Part shown: positions 19,620 through 28,443 of the stretch, piece by piece | Layout: each line of letters opens with the position of its first letter | Position numbering within the stretch: position 1 is the stretch's first letter | Source: Rubrivivax sp. | GTDB lineage: Bacteria > Pseudomonadota > Gammaproteobacteria > Burkholderiales > Burkholderiaceae_C | Length of the DNA: 64,000 nucleotides | NCBI GenBank assembly: GCA_027487585.1 | Contig: JAIYDH010000385.1 | Span: forward strand, 43-64,042 | Direction of reading: 5' to 3' | Program-made: the position numbers and the translations under genes | Notes under the pieces: model-generated | What the model was told of the DNA's origin: nothing | Seen by the model: the letters and a program-made list of their open reading frames with translations, nothing else | Database searches by the model: none

Positions 19620-20959
19620 GAGGGCACCGTGCGCCCTTCCTTGCGCAGTTCCTTGGCCACGCCCTGGCGCAAGTCAGCCAGGCTCATGTGCTGCCGACCC
19701 GCCTGCAGCGCACTGATGGCTGCGGCACGCACCACGTTGGCAATGGCGCCGCCGGACAGCTCGTGGGCTTCAGCCACCTGGCGCAACTCGACCTCCGGGG
19801 CCAGGCGGCCAGTGTGGCGCAGCATGCCCTCCCACAGCCGCAGGCGCTGGTCGGCGTCGGGCATGGGAAAGTGGATCAGCGACTGAAAGCGCCGCGCGAA
19901 GGCCTCGTCGATGTTTCCCTTGAGGTTGGTAGCCAGGATGACAGTGCCGGGAAAGTCTTCCACACGCTGCAAGAGATAACTCACTTCCTGATTGGCATAG
20001 CGGTCGTTGCTGCTGCTGGCACTGGTGCGTTTGCCAAAGAGCGCGTCGGCTTCGTCAAAGAACAGGATCCAACGCCGGTTCTGGGCCAGGTCAAACACGC
20101 GGCCCAGGTTCTTTTCGGTCTCGCCGATGTACTTGCTGACCACCATGCTCAGGTCGATGCGGTAGACATCAGCGCCTGTGGCCTGGCCCAGCAGCGTGGC
20201 CGTCAGCGTCTTGCCCGTGCCGGGCGGGCCAAAGAAAAGGCTGCGGTAGCCGGGCTTGACGGCCTTGCGCAGCTTCCAGCCGTCGAGCAGCGTGTCGCCG
20301 TGGTTGAGCCAGGTGGTGATGGCGCTGACTTCGTCCATCACGTCAGGAGCCAGCACCAGATCGTCCCACTGCAGGGCCGTGGTGATCAGGCGGGCCGGGA
20401 AGTTGCTGCTGAAGTCGGGCTTGTGCGGCTGCCCCGTGGTCAGCAATTCGCGGAACTCGGCCTGCAACTGCAGGCTGGCGGCCAGCGGCGGCTCGCCGGG
20501 CGCGTCATGCTCGAAGGACAGTATGCCCCTGCGCTGCAGCCAGTGCCCATCCTCGAAGAGCCGAAGCGTCGCGAAGCGCTGTGTCAGGTCTTCACCGGCC
20601 AGCAGAAAGACCGCGGTCTCGCAGGTTGGCAAGAACCCGCCATGGGTCTTGCCTTTGGTGCCGCCGAACTCGGTGTAGCCGCGGTCCAGGTTGCGGTTGC
20701 GCACAAAAAGTGTGTCCAGCAGCTGCGGCTGCACATGGGGTGCCAGGGCCAGCGCCAGCAGCAGACGCTCTTCAAAGCCCCACTCCGCGCCGCTGAGCAA
20801 ACGTGCATAGGCGCTGCCGTCGTTGGCCGGCGGCGGCTTGAGTTCGCGCACGTCCCGCACGTCGGTGGGCTGTCCGAAGTGCAGGCACAGGCGAGCCTGC
20901 AGCACGCGGTCCAGCCACTGCAGTTCAAGGGCCAGCAGAGACTCAGCGCCACTGGACAT
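19616..20959 (-). CDS. eCIS AAA+ ATPase (Afp15/Pvc15-like)
   Basis: Walker A 'GPPGTGKT', 'IDLSMVVSKYIGETEKNL', Walker B 'ILFFDEADALFGKR', 'LATNL..NIDEAFARRF'. Confidence 0.93.
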   Translation of the reverse strand: MSSGAESLLALELQWLDRVLQARLCLHFGQPTDVRDVRELKPPPANDGSAYARLLSGAEWGFEERLLLALALAPHVQPQLLDTLFVRNRNLDRGYTEFGGTKGKTHGGFLPTCETAVFLLAGEDLTQRFATLRLFEDGHWLQRRGILSFEHDAPGEPPLAASLQLQAEFRELLTTGQPHKPDFSSNFPARLITTALQWDDLVLAPDVMDEVSAITTWLNHGDTLLDGWKLRKAVKPGYRSLFFGPPGTGKTLTATLLGQATGADVYRIDLSMVVSKYIGETEKNLGRVFDLAQNRRWILFFDEADALFGKRTSASSSNDRYANQEVSYLLQRVEDFPGTVILATNLKGNIDEAFARRFQSLIHFPMPDADQRLRLWEGMLRHTGRLAPEVELRQVAEAHELSGGAIANVVRAAAISALQAGRQHMSLADLRQGVAKELRKEGRTVPS

Positions 20960-23900
20960 GAATCAACTCCTGCATCCACGGAAACTTGACGGTGCTGTAG
21001 CCCCAGGGCAGCCGGTCCAGAAGCATGTCAAAGGCCTGCGGCGCCACCTGCAGTTGCCAGGCTTCGTTGGCGTGATCCAGCCGTCCTTCGCGCTGCAGGA
21101 AGGTCTGGCGCAGGCCTTCCACACTGGTGCTGCCCAGCGCAGACCAGTGGGCAATCACGGCCTGGAGCAGGCCTGCAGCCGCATCACGCTCCTGATCGGT
21201 CAAGTCCACCGAGGGTGGCACCGGCGTGGCCAAAGGCAGGCCGCACAGCAGTTTGTTCAAGGCCAGCTCAGGCTCGGCTGCGGCGGCCTGGCCTGTGACC
21301 AGGTACTGCATCAGCAGCGTCGTACGCACGGCAGCCGCCGCGTCGACGAATGCCTTGTCCTGCACCAGCTTGAGCATGGTGAAGAGCCGCTCCAGGTAGG
21401 GCGTCAGCAGCACCAGGCCGGCATTTCCAATGAAGGCCGGTTCACCGGCGTCTGGCGGGGCCCAGGGCAGGACCAGCGGCGGGGCTGCGGGTTGTTCCGT
21501 GGCAGCCGGGCCCTTCAAGCGCTGCACCGCCCGGGCTACACGCTGCAGCAGGCCAGGGCCGTGGAGGTCGCGGTCTTCCTGGAACAGCTCCTGCAGCACG
21601 GCGCGCGCCACCGCGACCCACCCCTTGTGCCCCGGCGTGGGCAGGGCCTGCAACTCAGGCCACACGTGGTGCAAGGCTTGCGCGTCGGCAGGTCGCAGCC
21701 AGGTCAGCGCCCTGCGCAGTTCTTCGGGGCTCAGCAGCACCGACAGACGTTCGGCGGCCAGGGGCGACTCCAGCTCGCGCTGCAGCACGTGGCGGCTGCC
21801 CTCATCCGGCTGCTGCACCAGGGTTTGCCAATGCGCACGCAGACGCTCGGCGCGGGAAGCCGTCTCGACACCGCTGCCGCGCAGATGGCCTACGGCAGCG
21901 CTGAGCCGGTCAGAGCCGGCCGTCCTCAAGTCGGGTGCCGACGCACGAGAGGCAATCGGCACGGGGGCCCTGGGCACCAACCAGGGTGCCAAGAGCGCTG
22001 GGGACCGCCCGTAGGCCAGGGACTGGCGCTCCAGGCGGCGTGCCAGCACCGGCACGGCCAGCGCCAGCCGATCGGCCGCCAGCGCCAGCAGTTCGCCCAG
22101 CACGGCGGGCAGCACAGGCTTCGGCTCTTGCGGCAGGCTGCACAGCAAGTGCTCTGCCAAGAGCTGGTGGGCGGCAGTGGCGGTCAGCGTCGGTCTGGCG
22201 CTGGCGCTGTGCGCAGGCTGCCCGCCCCCTTTCAGGTCTGACGAGACCTCTGCGCTGCCACTGAGTTCCAGCACCAGCAGGCGCACCAGGCTGGCGAGGT
22301 CCGGCGCGCTGTCTGGCAGGTACAGCGCCAGGAATGCCGGCATGCACTCCGGCTTCAGTTGGGTCAGCAGGTCCCGCCTCGTGTCATGGCGCTGCGCGTG
22401 CAGCCGCAGCGCGCGCCGGGCCTGTGCAGGATCGCTGGCCAGGGTGTGCGGCAAGTCCAGGTGCCCGGGCGACGGGGCCGCGCCATCAGCGACTGCCCCG
22501 CGCGGGTTTGCCAGGCCGGGGTGGTCTGGATCAGAGCGGGCAGCTTGCGCCAGCGCGGCAGCCTGCGCCCCGCCTGAGAGAGCGCCTGCCTGCGCAGCCA
22601 GCAGGCCGGGCGAAACACCCCGGACCTGGGCCAGATGGTGCAACAGACCCTGCACCGCTTCTGCCTGAAGCATGTGGCCGGTGCGGACAGCAGCGATCCC
22701 CAGGATCCAGGCCAGCACCAGGTCACGCCCTGCCACCGCTACATGGGGGCCGGCCGTGCGCGACAACAGGTCCGCTGCCCGCGCCAGCTCTGGCGCGGCT
22801 GGCAGCAGCAAGGCCAGCAACTCGGCCCAAGCCTGCGCCGGCAGCCAAGCCAGCACGCGTTGTCGGTCCTGCGGATTGAGCAACTGCTGACGCACCAGCG
22901 CACGCAGCGCAGCGGGCTCGGACTGCAGCAGCGTGTGCCAGTCCGCCGCCACGTCGTCCCACTTGCCCGCCGGTGCAGAAGCCAGCGCCTCGGCCAGGCG
23001 CAGCAGCCCGGCCCAGTGGCGCTGCTGGCTGAGCGCCTGCGCCGCAGGCCTGGCCAGGGAGCCCACCTCCACCGTGGCAAGAAGCGCTTCGGGCACACCG
23101 GCATGTCCGGCCAGGGTGGCATGTGCAGCAGCGCGGCGCGCCACAGCCGCCGGCAGCTCGTTCTGGGCAAAGGCCAGCGCACGCACTGCGGCCGCGAGCG
23201 CTGCCGCAACGTCGTTGCCCGACAGCAAGGTCGCCAGCACGGCAACCCGCAAGCCCCCCGTCCCGTCCGTGCGGCGTGACTGCGTTGCCAGGCTCGCCAA
23301 GCCCTGCTGCAGCAGGCTCAGCTCTGACGCTGACAAGAAGGCCTGCAGCAGGGCTTGCCAGGCCGCTGCGGACAGCTCGCCTACCAAGGCGCTCAACCTG
23401 GATTCAGGCCGGGTCGCAGACCCGTCACGGCCTGGCTGCAGAGCCGACGCACTGACGGCCAGGGCCAGGCGGCGCAGGGTGGCCGGGTGCAGTTCGGCAG
23501 CGTCTGCACTGCCGTCAAGGGTGATGCGCGCCGATGCGTCAATCTGTTCGTCCGGCCCAGCGGCTTCAGACCACAGGCCGCGCAGCTCTTGGGCCACGGC
23601 GCTGGCAACGGGTGCTTCGGCAGGCCGCGCCAACCAGCGCAGCCAAGCCGCCACGCGCGCTGCGTCCTGCGCCGGGGCGTTGGCGGCCGTTGCGGTCGCC
23701 CGAAGTCGCTGCAACCACTCGTCAGGGCTGCACAGCATCCGCGCAGACCAGCGCCGCCACCACAGCCTGACCAGACTTTCCGGGGTGATGCGGGCTGGAT
23801 GCGTGGTCTGGATCAGCTCCAGCGCCCACTGCAGGCGTTGCGGCACATCGACCCGGTGGGCGCCGTCGGCTCCACGCCAGGCCGCAGGCGGCTCGTCAAA

Positions 23901-25160
23901 GGCCAAGGCGGTGAGCTGCGCAGCCACTTCGGGCGCGTAGAAGCTGCCCAGCGCGTGCTGCAACAGCGCTTGAAAGGCCTCGCGTGGCAACTGCGCGGAC
24001 TGCTCGCGCAGGTGCGGCCAGGGCTTTGGTGGCTCAGGCACTGCAGGACGTGGTCCTGAAGGGTCGGTGGGGTCTGCGGCGTCGGTGGCCAGGTTGTGCC
24101 AGAGACGGATCAAGTCGTCGGCCGAAACACGCACCGGCTGTGCGCCAGACGATGGCGCCAGCAGGGTGCGCAGCAGCCGCACCCAGGCTTCACGATGTTG
24201 GGCGCCGCCAGGTGATTCTTGGCGCAAGAACGCTTCCAGGCGCACCGTCTCGGCCTGCGGCAACCACAGGGCCACCACGTCTTGCAACAAGGCTTGTGGC
24301 CAGACCTGCGCCATGCGCCGGCGCACGCGCGCCTGCAGGCCCCAGTGCTGCAGCAGCTGCCTCAAGGCGGCTGGATCCTGAGCGTGCAAGACCGTCCACA
24401 GGTGCAGCAGTTCGGCCTGTTCATCGTCACCCCATTGAACACTGTCATCGGCCAGCAGCGTTTGCAGCCGGCGAAGCAGCGGACGTTGGCCACCGACCGC
24501 GGCGCCGCGTGAAGGCGAGACGGCTTGCAGCCGTTCTGGGGGCGGGGTGCCACCTGCCAACAGGGGCTCCAACTCACGCCACACCGCGGGGGCATGCCAG
24601 GCCAGCCGCTGGCGCAGGGCGCCCTGCACCGGCTGGGCGCGCAGCCAGGTCAACAGATCCAGGGGCGACGCCTGCCACTGCTCCTGCGCCAGCGCCGCCG
24701 CGTCGATGCCTGGGGCTGCGTGCCAGGGCCATTGGCCTGACAACAGGTAATGGCCCAGCGTGTCCATGCGCGCTTGCGACGCACTGCGCCAGCGCGCGCC
24801 GCTGCCTGAAGGGCGGCCCTGCGTTGCGTTGGCCTCGGCATCGACCTCCAGCTCGGCTTGGGCCGAGGCCAGCGCGGCCGGCCCGGCCACGTCGCCCAGG
24901 GCGTCCTGCAGCGCCTGGCGCAAGCGGGTGGCCCAGATCTCTTCGCTATCGGCGGGGTCCAGCCAGCCCAGATCCAGCTCCAGGGCGTCCAGCCGCAGGA
25001 CCGTGCCGGCGGGCGTGGCAGCGTCAAACGCATCCTTCAACTCAAGCTGGGCACGGTGGCGTGCGAAGTGGCTGAGCCGGTCCTGCAGCTCAAAGGCCTG
25101 TTGCTCTGAAGCGAAGTCCAGTTCAAAGCACAGCTCCTGCACGACGTGCAACTTGCTCAT
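20943..25160 (-). CDS. eCIS tape measure protein (Afp14-like), 1405 aa
   Basis: N-terminal 'LHVVQELCFELDF...LRLDALELDLG...YLLSGQWPWHA'; C-terminal 'FIGNAGLVLLTPYL.RLF...LALNKLLCG...SVEGLRQTFLQREGRL...DMLLDRLPW'. Confidence 0.88.
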   Translation of the reverse strand: MSKLHVVQELCFELDFASEQQAFELQDRLSHFARHRAQLELKDAFDAATPAGTVLRLDALELDLGWLDPADSEEIWATRLRQALQDALGDVAGPAALASAQAELEVDAEANATQGRPSGSGARWRSASQARMDTLGHYLLSGQWPWHAAPGIDAAALAQEQWQASPLDLLTWLRAQPVQGALRQRLAWHAPAVWRELEPLLAGGTPPPERLQAVSPSRGAAVGGQRPLLRRLQTLLADDSVQWGDDEQAELLHLWTVLHAQDPAALRQLLQHWGLQARVRRRMAQVWPQALLQDVVALWLPQAETVRLEAFLRQESPGGAQHREAWVRLLRTLLAPSSGAQPVRVSADDLIRLWHNLATDAADPTDPSGPRPAVPEPPKPWPHLREQSAQLPREAFQALLQHALGSFYAPEVAAQLTALAFDEPPAAWRGADGAHRVDVPQRLQWALELIQTTHPARITPESLVRLWWRRWSARMLCSPDEWLQRLRATATAANAPAQDAARVAAWLRWLARPAEAPVASAVAQELRGLWSEAAGPDEQIDASARITLDGSADAAELHPATLRRLALAVSASALQPGRDGSATRPESRLSALVGELSAAAWQALLQAFLSASELSLLQQGLASLATQSRRTDGTGGLRVAVLATLLSGNDVAAALAAAVRALAFAQNELPAAVARRAAAHATLAGHAGVPEALLATVEVGSLARPAAQALSQQRHWAGLLRLAEALASAPAGKWDDVAADWHTLLQSEPAALRALVRQQLLNPQDRQRVLAWLPAQAWAELLALLLPAAPELARAADLLSRTAGPHVAVAGRDLVLAWILGIAAVRTGHMLQAEAVQGLLHHLAQVRGVSPGLLAAQAGALSGGAQAAALAQAARSDPDHPGLANPRGAVADGAAPSPGHLDLPHTLASDPAQARRALRLHAQRHDTRRDLLTQLKPECMPAFLALYLPDSAPDLASLVRLLVLELSGSAEVSSDLKGGGQPAHSASARPTLTATAAHQLLAEHLLCSLPQEPKPVLPAVLGELLALAADRLALAVPVLARRLERQSLAYGRSPALLAPWLVPRAPVPIASRASAPDLRTAGSDRLSAAVGHLRGSGVETASRAERLRAHWQTLVQQPDEGSRHVLQRELESPLAAERLSVLLSPEELRRALTWLRPADAQALHHVWPELQALPTPGHKGWVAVARAVLQELFQEDRDLHGPGLLQRVARAVQRLKGPAATEQPAAPPLVLPWAPPDAGEPAFIGNAGLVLLTPYLERLFTMLKLVQDKAFVDAAAAVRTTLLMQYLVTGQAAAAEPELALNKLLCGLPLATPVPPSVDLTDQERDAAAGLLQAVIAHWSALGSTSVEGLRQTFLQREGRLDHANEAWQLQVAPQAFDMLLDRLPWGYSTVKFPWMQELIHVQWR

Positions 25161-27604
25161 GAGGCGCGGCCCTCAGCGGCTTGCAGCCAGGCCCTGACGC
25201 CAGCGGCCAAACGGTCCAGTTCGCTTGCGCCCTTGAGCGATGGATCGAGCAACCAGTGGCGCCGGCTTTCGAGCCAGGCCCCGTAGAGCTGTTCAAACTC
25301 ATGCATGTCGCGTGGGCCCAACCACAGCTGGCCAGGCAGCAGGTGAGCAGGGCAGTTCAAGCGCAAGGTCTCTTGCGCCAGGCTCCGAAAAGCCGTTTTC
25401 GCCGTGCGCACGGTCCAGTCCGGGAACACCGCCGTCACGCGCTGGGTGTACCAGGCCGACCCGCCGCACTCATCCAGGTTCCTGCCCAGGGCCTTGTCCG
25501 TCGGGCGCAAGAGAACGTGCTCCACCAGATGCAGGCCCTCGGACCGGTCCTGCCAGCGCAGCGCAGCGGCGCGCAGCCAACGCTGCATGCGCTGCGCGCG
25601 CAGCAGGCTGGCGCAGCGGGCCAGGTGCAAGGGCTGGGTGCCTTCAGCTTCGTCGGGGCGCAGCCAAAGATCATGACGCTGGGCCTGCTGCCCGCGGACC
25701 ACGCTGAGCCGCCCACGTGTGGCGGCAGCACGCAGCAGGCCAGTTCCGGCAGCTACCAGCTTCAGGGCGCCTTGGAGCGCGGCATGGCGGCAGCGGTGGA
25801 CTGCAGCACCGGCCAGCCTGCGGGCGTGTGCACGCTCAAAGCCCAGCAAGAGCGCGACCCGGCGCGCCAATCCGCTGGTGTTGTACGGGTCCTTGTCTTC
25901 ATGGCCCGGCCTGGGCCATGAAGACAAGGCGTCGTTGAAGCCTCGCGAGCGCATACGCGCGAGCATCACCACGTCCTTGAGCCAGGCCGCCTTGTTGCGC
26001 AACAAGAGCGCCTCGGTCTCCTGGTCGTCAAGGTGATCGCAGTGCAAGCGCATGGCGTTCTGGGCCGGTACCTCGCCATTGAGGGCCAACAGGTGGTCCA
26101 GCAGCTGGTGACGCCGGCGTGTCGCTTCGTCCAGGGGCCGCAACACATCGTCTTCGTAGGCTTGGGGGCTCGCGTCCATCAACTGGCCAAGTCCGGGCAC
26201 CTGCGGCTCACCCTGGGTCTGCGACTCGCGCAGCACTTGCCACCACACCGTTCGCCGACCCGCCTGTCTGGCAGAGAACAGTTCGTGCAGGTGCGACAGC
26301 TGCGCCAGGCCGTTGGCCAGAGTCTGGTCGAAGAGCATGAGATAGGCCTGCAGCTGCTGGGCCTTGGCCTGCCGCTCGCGGCCGTAGCTTGGTGGCACGC
26401 CATGCGCACCAACGCCGTAGACCGCGGGCAGGTGGTGCTGCAGGGACACGTAGTTCCCAGGCGGGCGGTGACGGCCTTTGGGCAGGCGCGCTGTTTCCTC
26501 CTCTTTCAGGGAGCGCGCGGCATGCTGGCGTTCGCCGCGGACCACCGCGCGCAAGTCCTGCACGCGCCGCCACACGTCAGCCGGGTCCAGCTCCAGCTGA
26601 TGCGCGCGGCGTTGCAGCGTCACACCAAAGGGCGCCGTGCCGCCGGGCCGGCCGGGCACACGCAAGCGCAGGGCCCAGCCCGGGCCCGCCCAGGGCAAGA
26701 CGCTGCGCACGGCAACCCCTTGTTCGGTTTGCAGATACAGGTCCAGCACAGCCTTCACGCCGCGCACCTGGCGCACCTGCTCGACGATGTCATCGACGTA
26801 GAGCAAGTCAGCATCTCCATCGGGACGGCCGTCGGAGGTGGCTGCCTGGCGGCGCTGCTCGGCTACCGTGAAGCCATGCAGCGCTTCAGGGCCGTCGTGG
26901 ATCTGGTCCAAGCTGAGCCCCTGCTCAACAAGGTCGCGGCGGGTGGCCAGTCTGGCCACGCGGTCCACCCAAGCGGCGGCTCTGGCGTAGACCTCCGCCA
27001 CCACCTGCGCGGCGTCGGCGGAACCTCCCATTTCCAGGGTGGCCCACAAGTCACACGTGCGCTCCACCACCTTCTCCAGCTGCGGTGCCAGGTCCTCACC
27101 CAAGGGCCGTTCGGCGCGCCAGGTGCGCGCAGCCAGGCGCGCCACCGGGTTGTCTGACGGCATTTGCGGCAGCACGCTCCAGTCGCCGGTATCGCTGAGC
27201 TTGATCTGCAAGCTGAGCACGCCGGGTTGCCGCACTTCCAGACGCACGTCGTCAAGGCCCGGCGTCAGGTCAAGCAGTCGGCGCCGGTGGTCCGCCGCAG
27301 TCAACGCGTGGCAGGGCAAAGCCCGTTGAGGCGGGTGCAGTGCCAGGTCGGTGTAGTCGATCTGTCCATCGGGCCCGGTGAGCAGGTCAGCCACCGGGAA
27401 CTCAGCGCGGTAAGCCAGTTCGGTCAACGCAAAACACAGGGACTCCAGCAGCGTGATGCCGGGGTCATGGACGTTGTGGTCGGTCCACACCAGACCGCTG
27501 GTGCTTTGCAAGTGCACCAACCCGGCAGCCCTGAGCCGCTCGAAGCCTGTGCTGCGGGCTTGACGCTTGCGCCGCGCGATGGTGGGGGAGCTGGCCTGAC
27601 TCAC
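25157..27604 (-). CDS. eCIS baseplate wedge protein (Afp12-like)
   Basis: 'WTDHNVHDPGITLLESLCFALTELAYR', 'YVSLQHHLPAVYGVG', 'QLQAYLMLFDQ.LAN', 'HLVEHVLLRP', 'NCPAHL'. Confidence 0.88.
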   Translation of the reverse strand: MSQASSPTIARRKRQARSTGFERLRAAGLVHLQSTSGLVWTDHNVHDPGITLLESLCFALTELAYRAEFPVADLLTGPDGQIDYTDLALHPPQRALPCHALTAADHRRRLLDLTPGLDDVRLEVRQPGVLSLQIKLSDTGDWSVLPQMPSDNPVARLAARTWRAERPLGEDLAPQLEKVVERTCDLWATLEMGGSADAAQVVAEVYARAAAWVDRVARLATRRDLVEQGLSLDQIHDGPEALHGFTVAEQRRQAATSDGRPDGDADLLYVDDIVEQVRQVRGVKAVLDLYLQTEQGVAVRSVLPWAGPGWALRLRVPGRPGGTAPFGVTLQRRAHQLELDPADVWRRVQDLRAVVRGERQHAARSLKEEETARLPKGRHRPPGNYVSLQHHLPAVYGVGAHGVPPSYGRERQAKAQQLQAYLMLFDQTLANGLAQLSHLHELFSARQAGRRTVWWQVLRESQTQGEPQVPGLGQLMDASPQAYEDDVLRPLDEATRRRHQLLDHLLALNGEVPAQNAMRLHCDHLDDQETEALLLRNKAAWLKDVVMLARMRSRGFNDALSSWPRPGHEDKDPYNTSGLARRVALLLGFERAHARRLAGAAVHRCRHAALQGALKLVAAGTGLLRAAATRGRLSVVRGQQAQRHDLWLRPDEAEGTQPLHLARCASLLRAQRMQRWLRAAALRWQDRSEGLHLVEHVLLRPTDKALGRNLDECGGSAWYTQRVTAVFPDWTVRTAKTAFRSLAQETLRLNCPAHLLPGQLWLGPRDMHEFEQLYGAWLESRRHWLLDPSLKGASELDRLAAGVRAWLQAAEGRAS

Positions 27605-28443
27605 AGCAGGATCTCGGGCGTCGTTTCTTTGGGGGCCGGCTTGGCCGCCCTGGCCGGCCAGAGTTCCGTCACGTGGGCCTTGATCTCGACCTGGGCCCCG
27701 TAGTCACAGGCCGACCGCACCGCCAAGGCGTACTTGCCCGCTTCCTTTTCGGCCTGCCACCGAAGCTCCAGGCGGTCGCACTTCTCGCCAAACCATGCGT
27801 CCACAGCGCGTATGCGGTTGCGTCGATTGACCCAGCGGTCCATCCAGCCCAGCCACCAGGGCAGCTCCTTGGGCGGATGGCCTGCATTCGTGGCTATCGC
27901 GTGCAAGACGGCGCTGCGGCCCCCGCCAGGTCTGTCAATCGCCACCACCACCTCGAAGGCGCTGCAGCCCGTCAGGCCACCGACCAGGACCTTCCATCCG
28001 TGGTCGGCCACCAGCTCCTTGGCGTCAGCGGGGCGCGGCACGGTGCCCACGCGGGCGCGCGAAGCCACCACGCCGCCCACATGCAGCGTGTGCTCGGGGT
28101 TCTCTTGTGCAATGCCGACAAACTGCCGGTCATCCAGCGTCAGGAGCGCTGGCGGCCGGCGTGCGTCGGGGTTCGCTTCGGCGCTAGACAGGCGAAGCTG
28201 GTGACCCACGCCAGCGTGCGTGATGCGCCACAGCGGAGTCTCCTGGCTTTCCTTGCGGTAGAAGGTGATCAGGCCGGGGCTGGCCACATCGCTGGTCACC
28301 TGCAGACCCCAGGTCTCGTGTTTGCGAAAGCCCTCGTCGTCCATGTGCAGCATGGATCCGATCAGGTGCTCAAAGTCCTTCTCGCTCGGCAGCTTGCCGG
28401 CCTTGAACAGCTGCTTGAGGGAGTCGCGTCCGCCCTTGCTCAT
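27601..28443 (-). CDS. Putative eCIS tail fibre (Afp13-like)
   Basis: N-terminal 'RDSLKQLFKAGKLPSEKDFEHLIGSML' baseplate-attachment pattern; shaft motif 'FVGIAQENPEHTLHVGG'. Confidence 0.7.
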   Translation of the reverse strand: MSKGGRDSLKQLFKAGKLPSEKDFEHLIGSMLHMDDEGFRKHETWGLQVTSDVASPGLITFYRKESQETPLWRITHAGVGHQLRLSSAEANPDARRPPALLTLDDRQFVGIAQENPEHTLHVGGVVASRARVGTVPRPADAKELVADHGWKVLVGGLTGCSAFEVVVAIDRPGGGRSAVLHAIATNAGHPPKELPWWLGWMDRWVNRRNRIRAVDAWFGEKCDRLELRWQAEKEAGKYALAVRSACDYGAQVEIKAHVTELWPARAAKPAPKETTPEILL

